This document shows positions 8,623-17,252 of a DNA stretch of 64,000 nucleotides, one piece after another. The DNA is from Actinomycetota bacterium (GTDB lineage: Bacteria; Actinomycetota; Thermoleophilia; Solirubrobacterales; Solirubrobacteraceae). The translations under genes were made by a program, and so were the position numbers. Below the pieces are notes generated by a model. It saw nothing but the letters and a program-made list of their open reading frames with translations, did not search any database and was not told the origin of the DNA. The stretch lies in the NCBI GenBank assembly GCA_005798685.1, contig SYIT01000074.1, forward strand, positions 27,639-91,638, read 5' to 3'. Position 1 is the first letter of the stretch. The number at the start of each line of letters is the position of its first letter.

Positions 8623-10410
8623 ATGACCGATCGATCGCCGGTCAAGTACGCGGACCTAGTCGCCGACTGGCTCGTCGAGCTGGGCTGCACGCATTGCTTC
8701 TTCGTTGCGGGCGGCAACATCATGCACCTGCTGTCGTCGGTGCGCTCGCGTTTCGTCTGCGTCCCGGTCGTGCATGAAACGGCCGCTGGCATCGCAACTG
8801 AGTACTTCAACGAGGCTGCTGACGGCGCGAAGGCCTTCGCGCTGGTGACCGCCGGGCCTGGCGTGACGAATATTCTGACGGCGATGGCCGGGGCGTTCCT
8901 CGAGAGCCGTGAGCAGCTAGTGATCGCCGGGCAGGTCAAGTCTTCGGATCTGGCAGCCCCCGAGCTGCGCCAGCGTGGAATTCAAGAGATCGACGGCGTG
9001 GCGATGACGTCGCCGGTCGCAGTTGCCTCGCTCCGTGTTGATCAGCCGCTCTCGCGAGAAGAGTTCTTCGGTGCGGTAGAGGTGGAAGGGCGTCAAGGCC
9101 CCGTGTTCCTTGAGTTCTGCCTTGATGCTCAGGCTGCCCCGGTCGATCCTGCTGAGGCGCGCTTCATCGCGCCGCTAGACGACCGCTCGAGCAACACGGA
9201 CGATGGCGCAATTGAAGCTGCCGCCGAGCAGATCGCCGCTCTGATGGCTGGCGCCGAACGGCCTGTTTGGTTGGTTGGAGGAGGCGTTAGCAGGTCGGCT
9301 GCTTCTGCTCTCCGCCCGCGCCTTGAGGCCCTTGGGGTTCCATTGCTGACAACTTGGAATGGTGCCGACCGGATCAGCGCCGACAACCCGTACTATTTCG
9401 GCCGTCCGAATACTTGGGGTCAACGCTCGGCAAACATGATCCTCCAGCAGGCCGACTTGGTCGTTGCGCTCGGTACAAGGCTCGGCCTTCAGCAGACGGG
9501 GTTCAACTGGCAGCAGTTTGCCCCCGTAGCTCACACCGTTCAAGTTGACATTGATCGCACGGAGCTTGAGAAAGGGCACCCGCAGATTGACCTCGCTCTC
9601 GAATTGGACGCAAACCGTCTGCTCGAACTGCTCTGTGGTCGTGAATATGCCAGCTACGAAAGCTGGGTCAACTACTGCCGCGAGGTTCGCGCAGCGCTCC
9701 CACTGATCGAAGCGAACACCTGCGGCGCCGGCTACGTTTCTCCTTACAAATTCTACGAACAGCTCTGTGAGCTGTCGCGGGAAGACGACGTGTTCACCGT
9801 CTGCAGCAGCGGCGGTGCGAACTCGGTGGGGATGCAGATGATTGAGCCAATCGGCTCACAACTTCTGATTGCCGACAAGGGTCTCGCTAGCATGGGATAC
9901 GGCCTCGCGGGCGCGATTGGGGCGGCCTTCACAGCGCCTCAACGGCGCGTGTTATTGGTCGAGGGTGACGGTGGGTTCGCGCAGAATTCGCAGGAGCTTG
10001 CAACGGTCGCTGTCAACAACCTCAACGTCAAGATCGCAATCTTTGATAACGCCGGCTATGCGTCGATCAAGATGACGCAGCTCAACTACTTTGACGGCGA
10101 ATACCTCGGCTGCGACATCTCCTCCGGCCTTGGCTTCCCCAACTGGGAGGCGCTCTTCGCTGCCTATGGAATTCCATGCGTGACGATCGACGACGCGGCC
10201 TTCGCGGGTGGTGCTCTGGCTGATTCGCTAGATCAGCCTGGGCCGATCGGAATCATTGTTCGCGTCGACCCTGAACAGACCTACTTTCCGAAGATCAGCA
10301 GCCGCGTGACCGAGAGCGGCTCAATGGAATCGAACCCACTCCATATGATGACGCCCGAGCTGCCTGACGAGATTCTCGCTCAGGTAGCCCGCTACCTTCC
10401 GGGCTCGTGA
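8623..10410 (+). CDS. thiamine-diphosphate-dependent enzyme (acetolactate-synthase fold; YerE-like candidate for sugar C-branching)
   Basis: 'ADWLVELGCTHCFFVAGGNIMHLL', catalytic Glu in 'VVHETAAGIATEY', 'TAGPGVTNILT', and ThDP-Mg motif 'VEGDGGFAQNSQEL...FDNAGY'. The track ORF 8491 start lies inside the NeuB-like gene; the ATG at 8623 follows its stop. Confidence 0.85.
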   Translation: MTDRSPVKYADLVADWLVELGCTHCFFVAGGNIMHLLSSVRSRFVCVPVVHETAAGIATEYFNEAADGAKAFALVTAGPGVTNILTAMAGAFLESREQLVIAGQVKSSDLAAPELRQRGIQEIDGVAMTSPVAVASLRVDQPLSREEFFGAVEVEGRQGPVFLEFCLDAQAAPVDPAEARFIAPLDDRSSNTDDGAIEAAAEQIAALMAGAERPVWLVGGGVSRSAASALRPRLEALGVPLLTTWNGADRISADNPYYFGRPNTWGQRSANMILQQADLVVALGTRLGLQQTGFNWQQFAPVAHTVQVDIDRTELEKGHPQIDLALELDANRLLELLCGREYASYESWVNYCREVRAALPLIEANTCGAGYVSPYKFYEQLCELSREDDVFTVCSSGGANSVGMQMIEPIGSQLLIADKGLASMGYGLAGAIGAAFTAPQRRVLLVEGDGGFAQNSQELATVAVNNLNVKIAIFDNAGYASIKMTQLNYFDGEYLGCDISSGLGFPNWEALFAAYGIPCVTIDDAAFAGGALADSLDQPGPIGIIVRVDPEQTYFPKISSRVTESGSMESNPLHMMTPELPDEILAQVARYLPGS

Positions 10411-11345
10411 TTAGCTCGACAATCGAGCGGCTCAGAGCAGTCGATCGCATCGTCGTCCTAGGTGCAAACGGATGGTTTGGGCGGACGATGGTTGATCTGC
10501 TCGAGGAGGCGTATGGCGCCGATCTGGCCGAGCGGACGGAGCTGTATGCACGTGGCGCCCACCGACTCACTTCATCTGAGGGGCGCGACCTCCGCGTGTC
10601 ACCGCTGAGTGAGCTTGGCGGCCTTTCAGCTAAGCCAGCGACGCTGCTGGTTGATTGCGCCTACCCAACCCAAGAGCAGGTCACAGCGCTTGGCCCCGGA
10701 GCATATGTCGAGGTCGTCGGTGAGCTGCGCGAACAGCGGCGCACGGCGCTTGAGCAGCTTCGGCCGGAGGCTTTCGTTTCGCTCTCCTCCGGTGCGGCGA
10801 AGCTCTTCGCCGATGGCCTTCCAATCGCCGAGCGCACAAAGGTGTATGGGGAGATGAAGTGGCTCGATGAGAGGCAGATGCTTGAGGATTGCCCTGAGCT
10901 GGGAGTGAGGCTTTGCATCGCGCGTATCTACGCCGCTTCGGGCCCTCACATGACGAAGGCGTCGAGCTACGCACTCGGTGACCTAATTGAGCAGGCTCGC
11001 GCTGGCGGCGCTATTGAGATACGCGCACCGCACCGGGTCATGCGTTCCTACACGCTGGCTGCGGACACGTTGGAGCTTGCCGTGCTCGCCTCGTTAGGTA
11101 CCGATGCCGACCGACCGGAGCTGTTCGAGACAGGCGGCGAGCAGGTAGATCTTGCGGAGCTGGCACGCCGGGTTTCTCTCGTCGTCCGTGGTGAGGAGCC
11201 GGAGTTGCTGCTCGCCGAGCCCGATGGAAGCGCTGACGACGTTTACCTAGGCGATCCTTCGCGGATCGCGGAATTGGCTGATCTACACGGGCTTCATCTC
11301 GCGGGCCTCGACGAGCAGATCCTCAGGACGGCTGAGAATGGTTGA
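10407..11345 (+). CDS. NAD(P)-dependent SDR-type oxidoreductase (candidate sugar ketoreductase)
   Basis: 'IVVLGANGWFG' glycine-rich loop and YxxxK in 'YGEMKWLDE'. GTGA overlap with the upstream ThDP gene. Confidence 0.7.
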   Translation: MISSTIERLRAVDRIVVLGANGWFGRTMVDLLEEAYGADLAERTELYARGAHRLTSSEGRDLRVSPLSELGGLSAKPATLLVDCAYPTQEQVTALGPGAYVEVVGELREQRRTALEQLRPEAFVSLSSGAAKLFADGLPIAERTKVYGEMKWLDERQMLEDCPELGVRLCIARIYAASGPHMTKASSYALGDLIEQARAGGAIEIRAPHRVMRSYTLAADTLELAVLASLGTDADRPELFETGGEQVDLAELARRVSLVVRGEEPELLLAEPDGSADDVYLGDPSRIAELADLHGLHLAGLDEQILRTAENG

Positions 11346-12018
11346 AGACTTGCGATGGGATGTAGTCCTCTTTGACCTCGATGGAACGATCATTGATCCC
11401 TTCGACGGAATCGCCGACGGTGTCCGCAAGGCATTCGCTGAGGTTGGCGAGCCCGCGCCCGCGGATGAGAGAATCCGCGGCTGGATCGGCCCACCAATCG
11501 GAGAGGCGTTCGCGGCAGAATTCGGCCACCTTGGCCCTGACGCCGTAGCGACTGCGCTCGCCACGTTCCGTCAGTCGTACGACAACGGTGGCGCCCAGAG
11601 CGCAACTCTCCACAGCGGGATGCGTGAGGTGATCCTCTCCCTCCACGACGCTGGGGCCTACGTCGCTGTGACAACGATGAAGCCACGGCTCATAACTGAG
11701 GTCATCCTTGAGCAGCATGACCTGCGCGCCTCGTTGGATGGTGTGTTTGCTCCGGCTGCGGACCAGGCTTCGTCAAACAAGTCTGCGCTAGTGGCAGAAG
11801 CGTTGATCGACGCGCGCGCTGCGGGGGCCGGAGAGAAAAGCGGGGTCGTCGTCGGTGACAGAGCGGACGACATGCGGGCCGCTCGATTAAATGACCTAGC
11901 TGGCGTTGGGGTAGCTTGGGGTTTCGGCGAATCGGCTGAACTTCTGCAGGAGCGTCCGCTTGAAGTTGCGACTTCACCGCTGCAATTGGTCACCATTTTG
12001 GGGGTAGGTAAGGTCTAA
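11338..12018 (+). CDS. HAD-superfamily phosphatase (phosphoglycolate-phosphatase-like)
   Basis: Motif I 'VLFDLDGTIIDP' and motif IV 'VVVGDRADDMRAA'. 226 aa. Overlaps the upstream gene by 8 nt. Confidence 0.85.
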   Translation: MVEDLRWDVVLFDLDGTIIDPFDGIADGVRKAFAEVGEPAPADERIRGWIGPPIGEAFAAEFGHLGPDAVATALATFRQSYDNGGAQSATLHSGMREVILSLHDAGAYVAVTTMKPRLITEVILEQHDLRASLDGVFAPAADQASSNKSALVAEALIDARAAGAGEKSGVVVGDRADDMRAARLNDLAGVGVAWGFGESAELLQERPLEVATSPLQLVTILGVGKV

Positions 12019-12022
12019 CGCT

Positions 12023-12976
12023 ATGGACACCGCGCAACGCAAACTTATCTCGGTAGTGATCCCCGCTTTCAATGAAGAAGCGAACATCCAGCAGCTCTCG
12101 CAGCGCCTCGCGGCGGTGTTCGACGAGGAGTCGAAATACGATTTCGAGGCGATCATTGTTGAGAATGGCTCGATTGATAAGACGTTCGAGCAGTCCGTCG
12201 CTGCTCGCGATCGGGACCCGCGCTTCAAGGTTCTCCAGCTCTCGCGGAACTTCCGGATGGACGGCGGTCTGACGGCCGGCCTAGCTAGCGCCAGCGGCGA
12301 CGCAGCCGTCCTAATGGCTGCAGATCTGCAGGACCCGCCCGAACTGATTCACAAGTTTCTGCGCAAGTGGGAGGAGGGCTACGAGATCGTCTATCAGATC
12401 GTCACCGACCGGAAGGGCACCGGCCCGATCAGGCGGATGAACTCCCAGCTCTTCTACTGGATCGCCGGCATGATGACCGATGGCCGAATTCCCCGCAACG
12501 TCAGCGACTTTCGGTTAGTCGACCGCAAGGTCTACCAGGCCGTCAATGTGATGGAGGAGCGCAACCGCTTCGTCCGCGGGCTATTCGCCTGGGTCGGTTT
12601 CTCATCGATTGGGATCGAAGCTGAGCGTGCCCCTCGCACCGGTGGAGTCTCCGGGGCGCACACATTCGGCGTGATCGACCTGGCCTTCAAGGGCATCTTT
12701 GCCCACTCCTATAAGCCGCTCCGACTGATCTCGCTCTTTGGCTTGACGCTCAGCGCGCTCTCGTTCCTGGCGATCATCGTATTCGCGGTTCGGTTCCTCG
12801 TTGAGGGTGTCCCATTCGCTGGATTCGGGACGATCGTCTGCCTCTTCCTGCTGATGTTCGGCTTCCTCTTCACGATGCTCGGCATCGTCAGCGAGTACGT
12901 CGGGCTTATCTACGAAGAAGTGAAGCAGCGGCCCAACTTTGTGGTTCGCACCAAGGTTGGGCTTGACGACGACTAG
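12023..12976 (+). CDS. family-2 glycosyltransferase of the polyprenyl-phosphate sugar synthase type (ArnC/GtrB/DPM1-like)
   Basis: 'ISVVIPAFNEEANI', 'AIIVENGSIDKT', 'MAADLQDPPE', followed by two C-terminal hydrophobic helices ('LISLFGLTLSALSFLAIIVFAV', 'TIVCLFLLMFGFLFTMLGIV'). Confidence 0.85.
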   Translation: MDTAQRKLISVVIPAFNEEANIQQLSQRLAAVFDEESKYDFEAIIVENGSIDKTFEQSVAARDRDPRFKVLQLSRNFRMDGGLTAGLASASGDAAVLMAADLQDPPELIHKFLRKWEEGYEIVYQIVTDRKGTGPIRRMNSQLFYWIAGMMTDGRIPRNVSDFRLVDRKVYQAVNVMEERNRFVRGLFAWVGFSSIGIEAERAPRTGGVSGAHTFGVIDLAFKGIFAHSYKPLRLISLFGLTLSALSFLAIIVFAVRFLVEGVPFAGFGTIVCLFLLMFGFLFTMLGIVSEYVGLIYEEVKQRPNFVVRTKVGLDDD

Positions 12977-13719
12977 GCCCCTGACGGCGGCTCCGTTACC
13001 TTCAGGCCGAGCGCCAGTGACGTCGCTCCGATAGGGCTGTAACGACCTGACGGCAGAACCATCTCGTTGAGCACTCTGCGCTCGTCGGCGTCGATCGCCT
13101 CGTCGAAGTAAAGAAGATCTCCGCGTTTTAGCATTGGCGAAAGAACGCGCCACGCTTCCGCGGTTGGCTCATAAATGTCGAGGTCGAAGAGAACGAGCCA
13201 CTGAGCGTCAACTTCCGCGGTGAGGTCAACGTCACCAAGCGTGTCTTCGACATCGCCCACATGCCACGTTACGCGCGCGTCATCAATCTCGGGCGTCCGC
13301 CCGCCTGCGTCGAATTCACCCTCGGGAAGACCGCGCCAGCCGCGGGGTAGGCCGGTGAAGCGATCGAATCCGTGCCACTCGACGTCTGCGCGCTTGAGCA
13401 TCGTGAGCCAGTGCTCGGTGGCGTAACCCCACGCGACGCCAAATTCAAGTACGAACAGTGGCCGGGTCGGATCAAGATGCGACGACATCTGCTGCCAAAG
13501 TTCCTCCCGCTTCCAGAAGAGCTTCACCGTTTCATCAAACGATGCTGACTGCCATCGCACAAAGCTCGCAACATCGCCGGCGTTGACGAATTTGTCGGCC
13601 AGGGCGGGAATGCGACGGACTACTCGTGCAGCGATCCCGTGCAGAACGATTGCCGACTGAGGCATCTCTAAGGCGCTGCGCATCCCGTGTTCATTTTTAG
13701 GCATAAGCGATCTCTCCAC
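12973..13719 (-). CDS. TylF/MycF-like class I SAM-dependent (O-)methyltransferase
   Basis: 'FVLEFGVAWGYATEHWL', 'WHGFDRFTGLPRGW' and 'LVLFDLDIYEPT' resemble the macrocin-O-methyltransferase family blocks (E.GV..G, FDSF.GLP, DgDlYeST). Converges on the GT2 gene with a 4-nt overlap. Confidence 0.6.
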   Translation of the reverse strand: MERSLMPKNEHGMRSALEMPQSAIVLHGIAARVVRRIPALADKFVNAGDVASFVRWQSASFDETVKLFWKREELWQQMSSHLDPTRPLFVLEFGVAWGYATEHWLTMLKRADVEWHGFDRFTGLPRGWRGLPEGEFDAGGRTPEIDDARVTWHVGDVEDTLGDVDLTAEVDAQWLVLFDLDIYEPTAEAWRVLSPMLKRGDLLYFDEAIDADERRVLNEMVLPSGRYSPIGATSLALGLKVTEPPSGA

Positions 13720-13736
13720 TAGAAGTGTCTCGGACC

Positions 13737-15089
13737 CTACTTACAAGCGTCGTGCAGAACCTCGAGCATGAAGTCAATCTGTTGATCGCCGAGGCCGGGG
13801 TAGACGCCGATCCAGAAGACGTTCTCCATTACGAAGTCGGAGTTCGTTAGTTCGCCAATGACGCGATGTTCGATCTTGCTGTAGGCCGGCTGCCTGAGCA
13901 GGTTGCCGCCGAACAAGAGCCTCGTTGCAATCCCGCGGTCTTCTAACGCCCGAACAACTTCGTTGCGCGTCACAGGGCCGCCGGGGCGGATCGCGATCGG
14001 GAAGCCGAACCAGCTCGGCGCGCTGTTCTGCGTTGCTTCAGGGAGGATCATCAGCTCTTCAAGGTCGGCCAGCCCCGCTCGCAGCCGCTCGTAGTTGTGC
14101 TGGCGAGCGGCGATAAAGCTCTCCACTTTGTCCAGCTGCGCCACGCCGACAGCTGCCTGCATGTCGGTGATCTTCAGGTTGTAGCCAATCTCCGAGTAGG
14201 TGTACTTGTGGTCGTAGCCTTCTGGTAGCTCGCCGAACTGCTGGTCGAAGCGCTTGCCACAGGTGTCCTGCTTGCCTGGCTCGCACCAGCAGTCGCGGCC
14301 CCAGTCACGGAACGATTCGGCAAGCACCTTGTACTTGCCCTTATCGCAGATCACGGCGCCGCCCTCACCCATCGTGATGTGGTGCGCGGGGTAGAAGCTG
14401 ACGGTTGCGAAATCACCGAACGAGCCGACCGGCTTGCCCTTGTAAGTACTGCCCAGTGCATCGCAGCAGTCTTCGACCAGCCAGAGATCGTGTTCCTCGC
14501 AGAAGGCGGTGATTGTGGCGAGGTCGAACGGATTGCCGAGCGTGTGGGCGATCATTACGGCCCGCGTCTTCTCGCTCAGCGCTTCTTCGAGATGGGTGAC
14601 GTCAATGTTGTAGGTCGGAATGTCGACGTCGAGGAAGACCGGGACGGCGCCGTTCTGAATGATCGGGTTGATCGTCGTCGGGAAGCCAGTTGCGAGGGTG
14701 ATCACTTCGTCGCCATGTTTGACGTGGCGCTTGCCCATCTTCGTTGAGGTCAGGCACGAGAAGGCAACGAGGTTCGCTGACGAGCCGCTGTTGACGAGCG
14801 TGGTGTGGCGGCGACCGAAGAGTTCCTTGGCGAAGCGCCGCTCGAATTCGGCTGCGTAGCGGCCCGTCGTCAGCCAGAAGTCGAGTGAGGAATCGATCAA
14901 GGCGACCACTTCGTTCTCGTCGAAGACACGGCCGGCGACTGGAACGGCGCTCTCGTCAGCGATGAACTCAGCTTCCGGGAAGGCGGCGGCGTGGTATTCC
15001 GCGGTCAGCGCGAGGATCTGGCTTCGCAGGGCTGCTGCGTCGTTGCTGCCTATTGTGGTCACTGGATTCGCTTCATCATCTGCGGACAC
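13737..15089 (-). CDS. rfbH: CDP-6-deoxy-L-threo-D-glycero-4-hexulose-3-dehydrase (E1; PMP- and [2Fe-2S]-dependent, DegT/RfbH family)
   Basis: '[13 protein letters not shown]'. '[14 protein letters not shown]' has His where aminotransferases carry the PLP Lys. The Cys pattern C-X57-C-X1-C-X7-C runs from 'EDCC' to '[11 protein letters not shown]', counted directly. Confidence 0.9.
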   Translation of the reverse strand: MSADDEANPVTTIGSNDAAALRSQILALTAEYHAAAFPEAEFIADESAVPVAGRVFDENEVVALIDSSLDFWLTTGRYAAEFERRFAKELFGRRHTTLVNSGSSANLVAFSCLTSTKMGKRHVKHGDEVITLATGFPTTINPIIQNGAVPVFLDVDIPTYNIDVTHLEEALSEKTRAVMIAHTLGNPFDLATITAFCEEHDLWLVEDCCDALGSTYKGKPVGSFGDFATVSFYPAHHITMGEGGAVICDKGKYKVLAESFRDWGRDCWCEPGKQDTCGKRFDQQFGELPEGYDHKYTYSEIGYNLKITDMQAAVGVAQLDKVESFIAARQHNYERLRAGLADLEELMILPEATQNSAPSWFGFPIAIRPGGPVTRNEVVRALEDRGIATRLLFGGNLLRQPAYSKIEHRVIGELTNSDFVMENVFWIGVYPGLGDQQIDFMLEVLHDACK

Positions 15090-15107
15090 CCTACCGATAC
15101 CTTGACG

Positions 15108-15372
15108 ACAGTCAGCCTCTCGGTTCTATGTCCAACGCGGGATTCAGGCGAACGCGTCGTCGCGCTTCTTGACCAACTCCGCTGCGTTGCTGATGAGATC
15201 GTGGTGCTCGCTAACATCGAGGCCGATCCTGACGATGTTGCTTGCTACGCAACGGTCGCCGATCGTCTGCTGCGTTACGAGTTTGCCATGCCGGGGGAGC
15301 GGAGGCCTGACCGACTGGGCCCCGGAAATCAGTCTGGATGAGGGCCTGGTAGAGCTGCTGGAAGCGGCTCGA
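15108..15372 (+). pseudogene. decayed gene fragments: GT2-like N-terminus followed, in another frame, by an epimerase-like C-terminus
   Basis: In the frame of ORF 14991, '[33 protein letters not shown]' resembles a GT2 N-terminus. In the frame of ORF 15169, 'GLTDWAPEISLDEGLVELLEAAR' resembles an SDR-epimerase C-terminal tail. No full-length ORF. Lies in a 527-bp otherwise non-coding gap. Confidence 0.3.
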
Positions 15373-15616
15373 TGTGCCTGAGCGCCGCGCGCCGCGCTAG
15401 AGAATCTGCTGCACAGCAATCACAGCAACCGCGAAGCCTGAGCCGCAGGCGGCGATTAAAGCCAGTCGCGGGCCGAGCAGCTCGCCGCGGCGACGCGCTC
15501 GGCGGCGACGAAGATCTCGCCGCGAGACCGAGCTTGCGTAGATCACCTGTCGGTCGATCGCCACGAACCGCAGAATGCCCGCCGCGGCGGACGGAACTCC
15601 TTCAAATCGAGGCTTT

Positions 15617-16663
15617 CTAAGCGCGGCCGCGGAGAATTTCGTCTGCCACGCCGCTGAGCAGATCAACCGAGCGCGGCGCTTTGCCGTCCTCAACGATCAC
15701 CGCGCCGCCAGGGCGGTAGCCGTTCTGCCCCGCGCCTGGAGGGCGAATCAGGGCGCTGTCGTAAACCCACGAGCCGCTGTTGAGCAGCGTCGGCCCGTCG
15801 GCGCCGGCCGGCGTCCACATTCCATCCGGGTCGTCGCTGAGCGGGCCGCGGCGGTGGATGTGGCCGAAGATCACCGTCTCGGCAGGAATGTCGAGCCGCT
15901 CGCTGACCTCGGCTATTGCCGGCAGGAAGGCGCGGCGGTGGATTCCCTGCTCAACCACGAGCGCCGCAGCGGCGGCGACGTTGGCGGCGCCGGGCAGCTT
16001 TGCGGCCGCCGGCAGCCCGCGCAGCATCGCCTGGCGCAGCAGCCCTGCGCCGAGCTCCAGCCCCTCGGCAACTTGGTCGGGCATTGCGCTGGCGACCGCC
16101 TCCGTAAGCGCGCCGCTGTCGGAGCCGGGCGCGCGTTCGTAGTCGCCCACGCTTAGCTGCTCAGGCGGCCCCTCGCCGCCCCACCAGGCGAGCGCGCCGA
16201 GCACGTGGCGGTCGCCGTAGTGGCCGTGCATCGCGAAGATTCCCTCGCCGAGCCAGACGCCCGGGTAGCGAACCTCAACCTGCGCCGGCGCAAGCCAGCC
16301 GCAGAGCTCTTCGAGCAGCTCGCTGGCGCCGCGCGGAACTTGCGCCGAGAGCCGCAGCGGCTGCCCGCCCTTCAGGCGCTGCGATAGCCAACTGCGGATC
16401 AAGGCGTGGTCATGGTTGCCGGGAACGACGATCACTTGGCCGCTGGAGCCGAGCGCGCCGCCGAGCGTCTTCAGTACAGGCCGCGCCGCCTCCCTCGCCG
16501 CCTGCGGCCTTCCCTCAAGCAGTTCAAGCGTGTCGCCAAGCAGCACAAGCCGATCCATCTGCGCCACGCGCGACTCAAGAATTGCCAGTGCCTGCGGGCG
16601 TCTGAGCACATCCCGATCAAGCAGCGAGCCAAGGTGCAAATCGGAAATAACAAGAGTCCGCAT
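15617..16663 (-). CDS. metallophosphoesterase (calcineurin-like)
   Basis: 'MRTLVISDLHLG', 'LVLLGDTLEL', 'VVPGNHDH', 'FGHIHRRG'. The track ORF extends to 16807, but the ATG at 16663 places the DxH motif at the usual N-terminal position. Confidence 0.85.
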   Translation of the reverse strand: MRTLVISDLHLGSLLDRDVLRRPQALAILESRVAQMDRLVLLGDTLELLEGRPQAAREAARPVLKTLGGALGSSGQVIVVPGNHDHALIRSWLSQRLKGGQPLRLSAQVPRGASELLEELCGWLAPAQVEVRYPGVWLGEGIFAMHGHYGDRHVLGALAWWGGEGPPEQLSVGDYERAPGSDSGALTEAVASAMPDQVAEGLELGAGLLRQAMLRGLPAAAKLPGAANVAAAAALVVEQGIHRRAFLPAIAEVSERLDIPAETVIFGHIHRRGPLSDDPDGMWTPAGADGPTLLNSGSWVYDSALIRPPGAGQNGYRPGGAVIVEDGKAPRSVDLLSGVADEILRGRA

Positions 16664-16685
16664 CTGTATAAGGCAAGATACGGGT

Positions 16686-17234
16686 GTGGACTCGCTCCGT
16701 GGCCAATTGCTAATCGCATCGCCGGCAGTGCACGACCCAAACTTCCGTCGCACGGTCGTGCTGATCGCCGAGCACAACGAGGCCGGCGCGATGGGTGTGA
16801 TCCTCAACCGCCCGGCCGAAGTGACCGTCGCCGGCGCCGTACCCGAACTTGAAGAGCTGGCCGAGCACGACGAGGCAGTTCACCTCGGAGGCCCTGTCGG
16901 CGAGTCGTCGGTAACGGTGCTCGCCGAGTTCGCCGACCTTGACGCCGCCGCGATGCTGATCGACGACGACCTTGGCTTTCTTGGCTCGCAGGCCGACGCG
17001 CACGAGCACCTAGCCGACGTCGTCAACCGCGCCCGCGTCTTCGCCGGCCACGCCGGCTGGGAGCCAGGTCAGCTCGAAGCGGAGATGGAAGAGGAATCGT
17101 GGATCGTTGAGCCCGCATTGCGCGAGGACGTTTTCACCGAAGACCCCGATGGGCTTTGGTCGTCGCTGCTGCGGCGCAAGGGCGGCGAGTACGTCGTAAT
17201 TGCGACGATGCCCGACGACCCGACGCTTAACTAG
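16686..17234 (+). CDS. YqgE/AlgH-family (UPF0301) protein
   Basis: 'LRGQLLIASPAVHDPNFRRTVVLIAEHNEAGAMGVILNRP'. The GTG at 16686 gives ~182 aa, the usual family length. The track start at 16416 lies inside the opposite-strand gene. Confidence 0.85.
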   Translation: MDSLRGQLLIASPAVHDPNFRRTVVLIAEHNEAGAMGVILNRPAEVTVAGAVPELEELAEHDEAVHLGGPVGESSVTVLAEFADLDAAAMLIDDDLGFLGSQADAHEHLADVVNRARVFAGHAGWEPGQLEAEMEEESWIVEPALREDVFTEDPDGLWSSLLRRKGGEYVVIATMPDDPTLN

Positions 17235-17252
17235 CGCGACCCGCGCGACTGG

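Noticed and set aside
8052-8939. 295-aa ORF on the minus strand opposite the NeuB-like and ThDP genes
   Set aside because: It has Ala/Arg/Ser/Pro-rich composition with no motif, which is typical of antisense frames in GC-rich DNA. The plus-strand genes have clear family motifs.
15397-15564. Small minus-strand ORF (GTG 15564) encoding an Arg-rich segment plus one hydrophobic helix ('LALIAACGSGFAVAVIAV')
   Set aside because: No Shine-Dalgarno sequence and no recognisable family. The Arg-rich composition is typical of spurious GC-rich frames. Kept only as a note.
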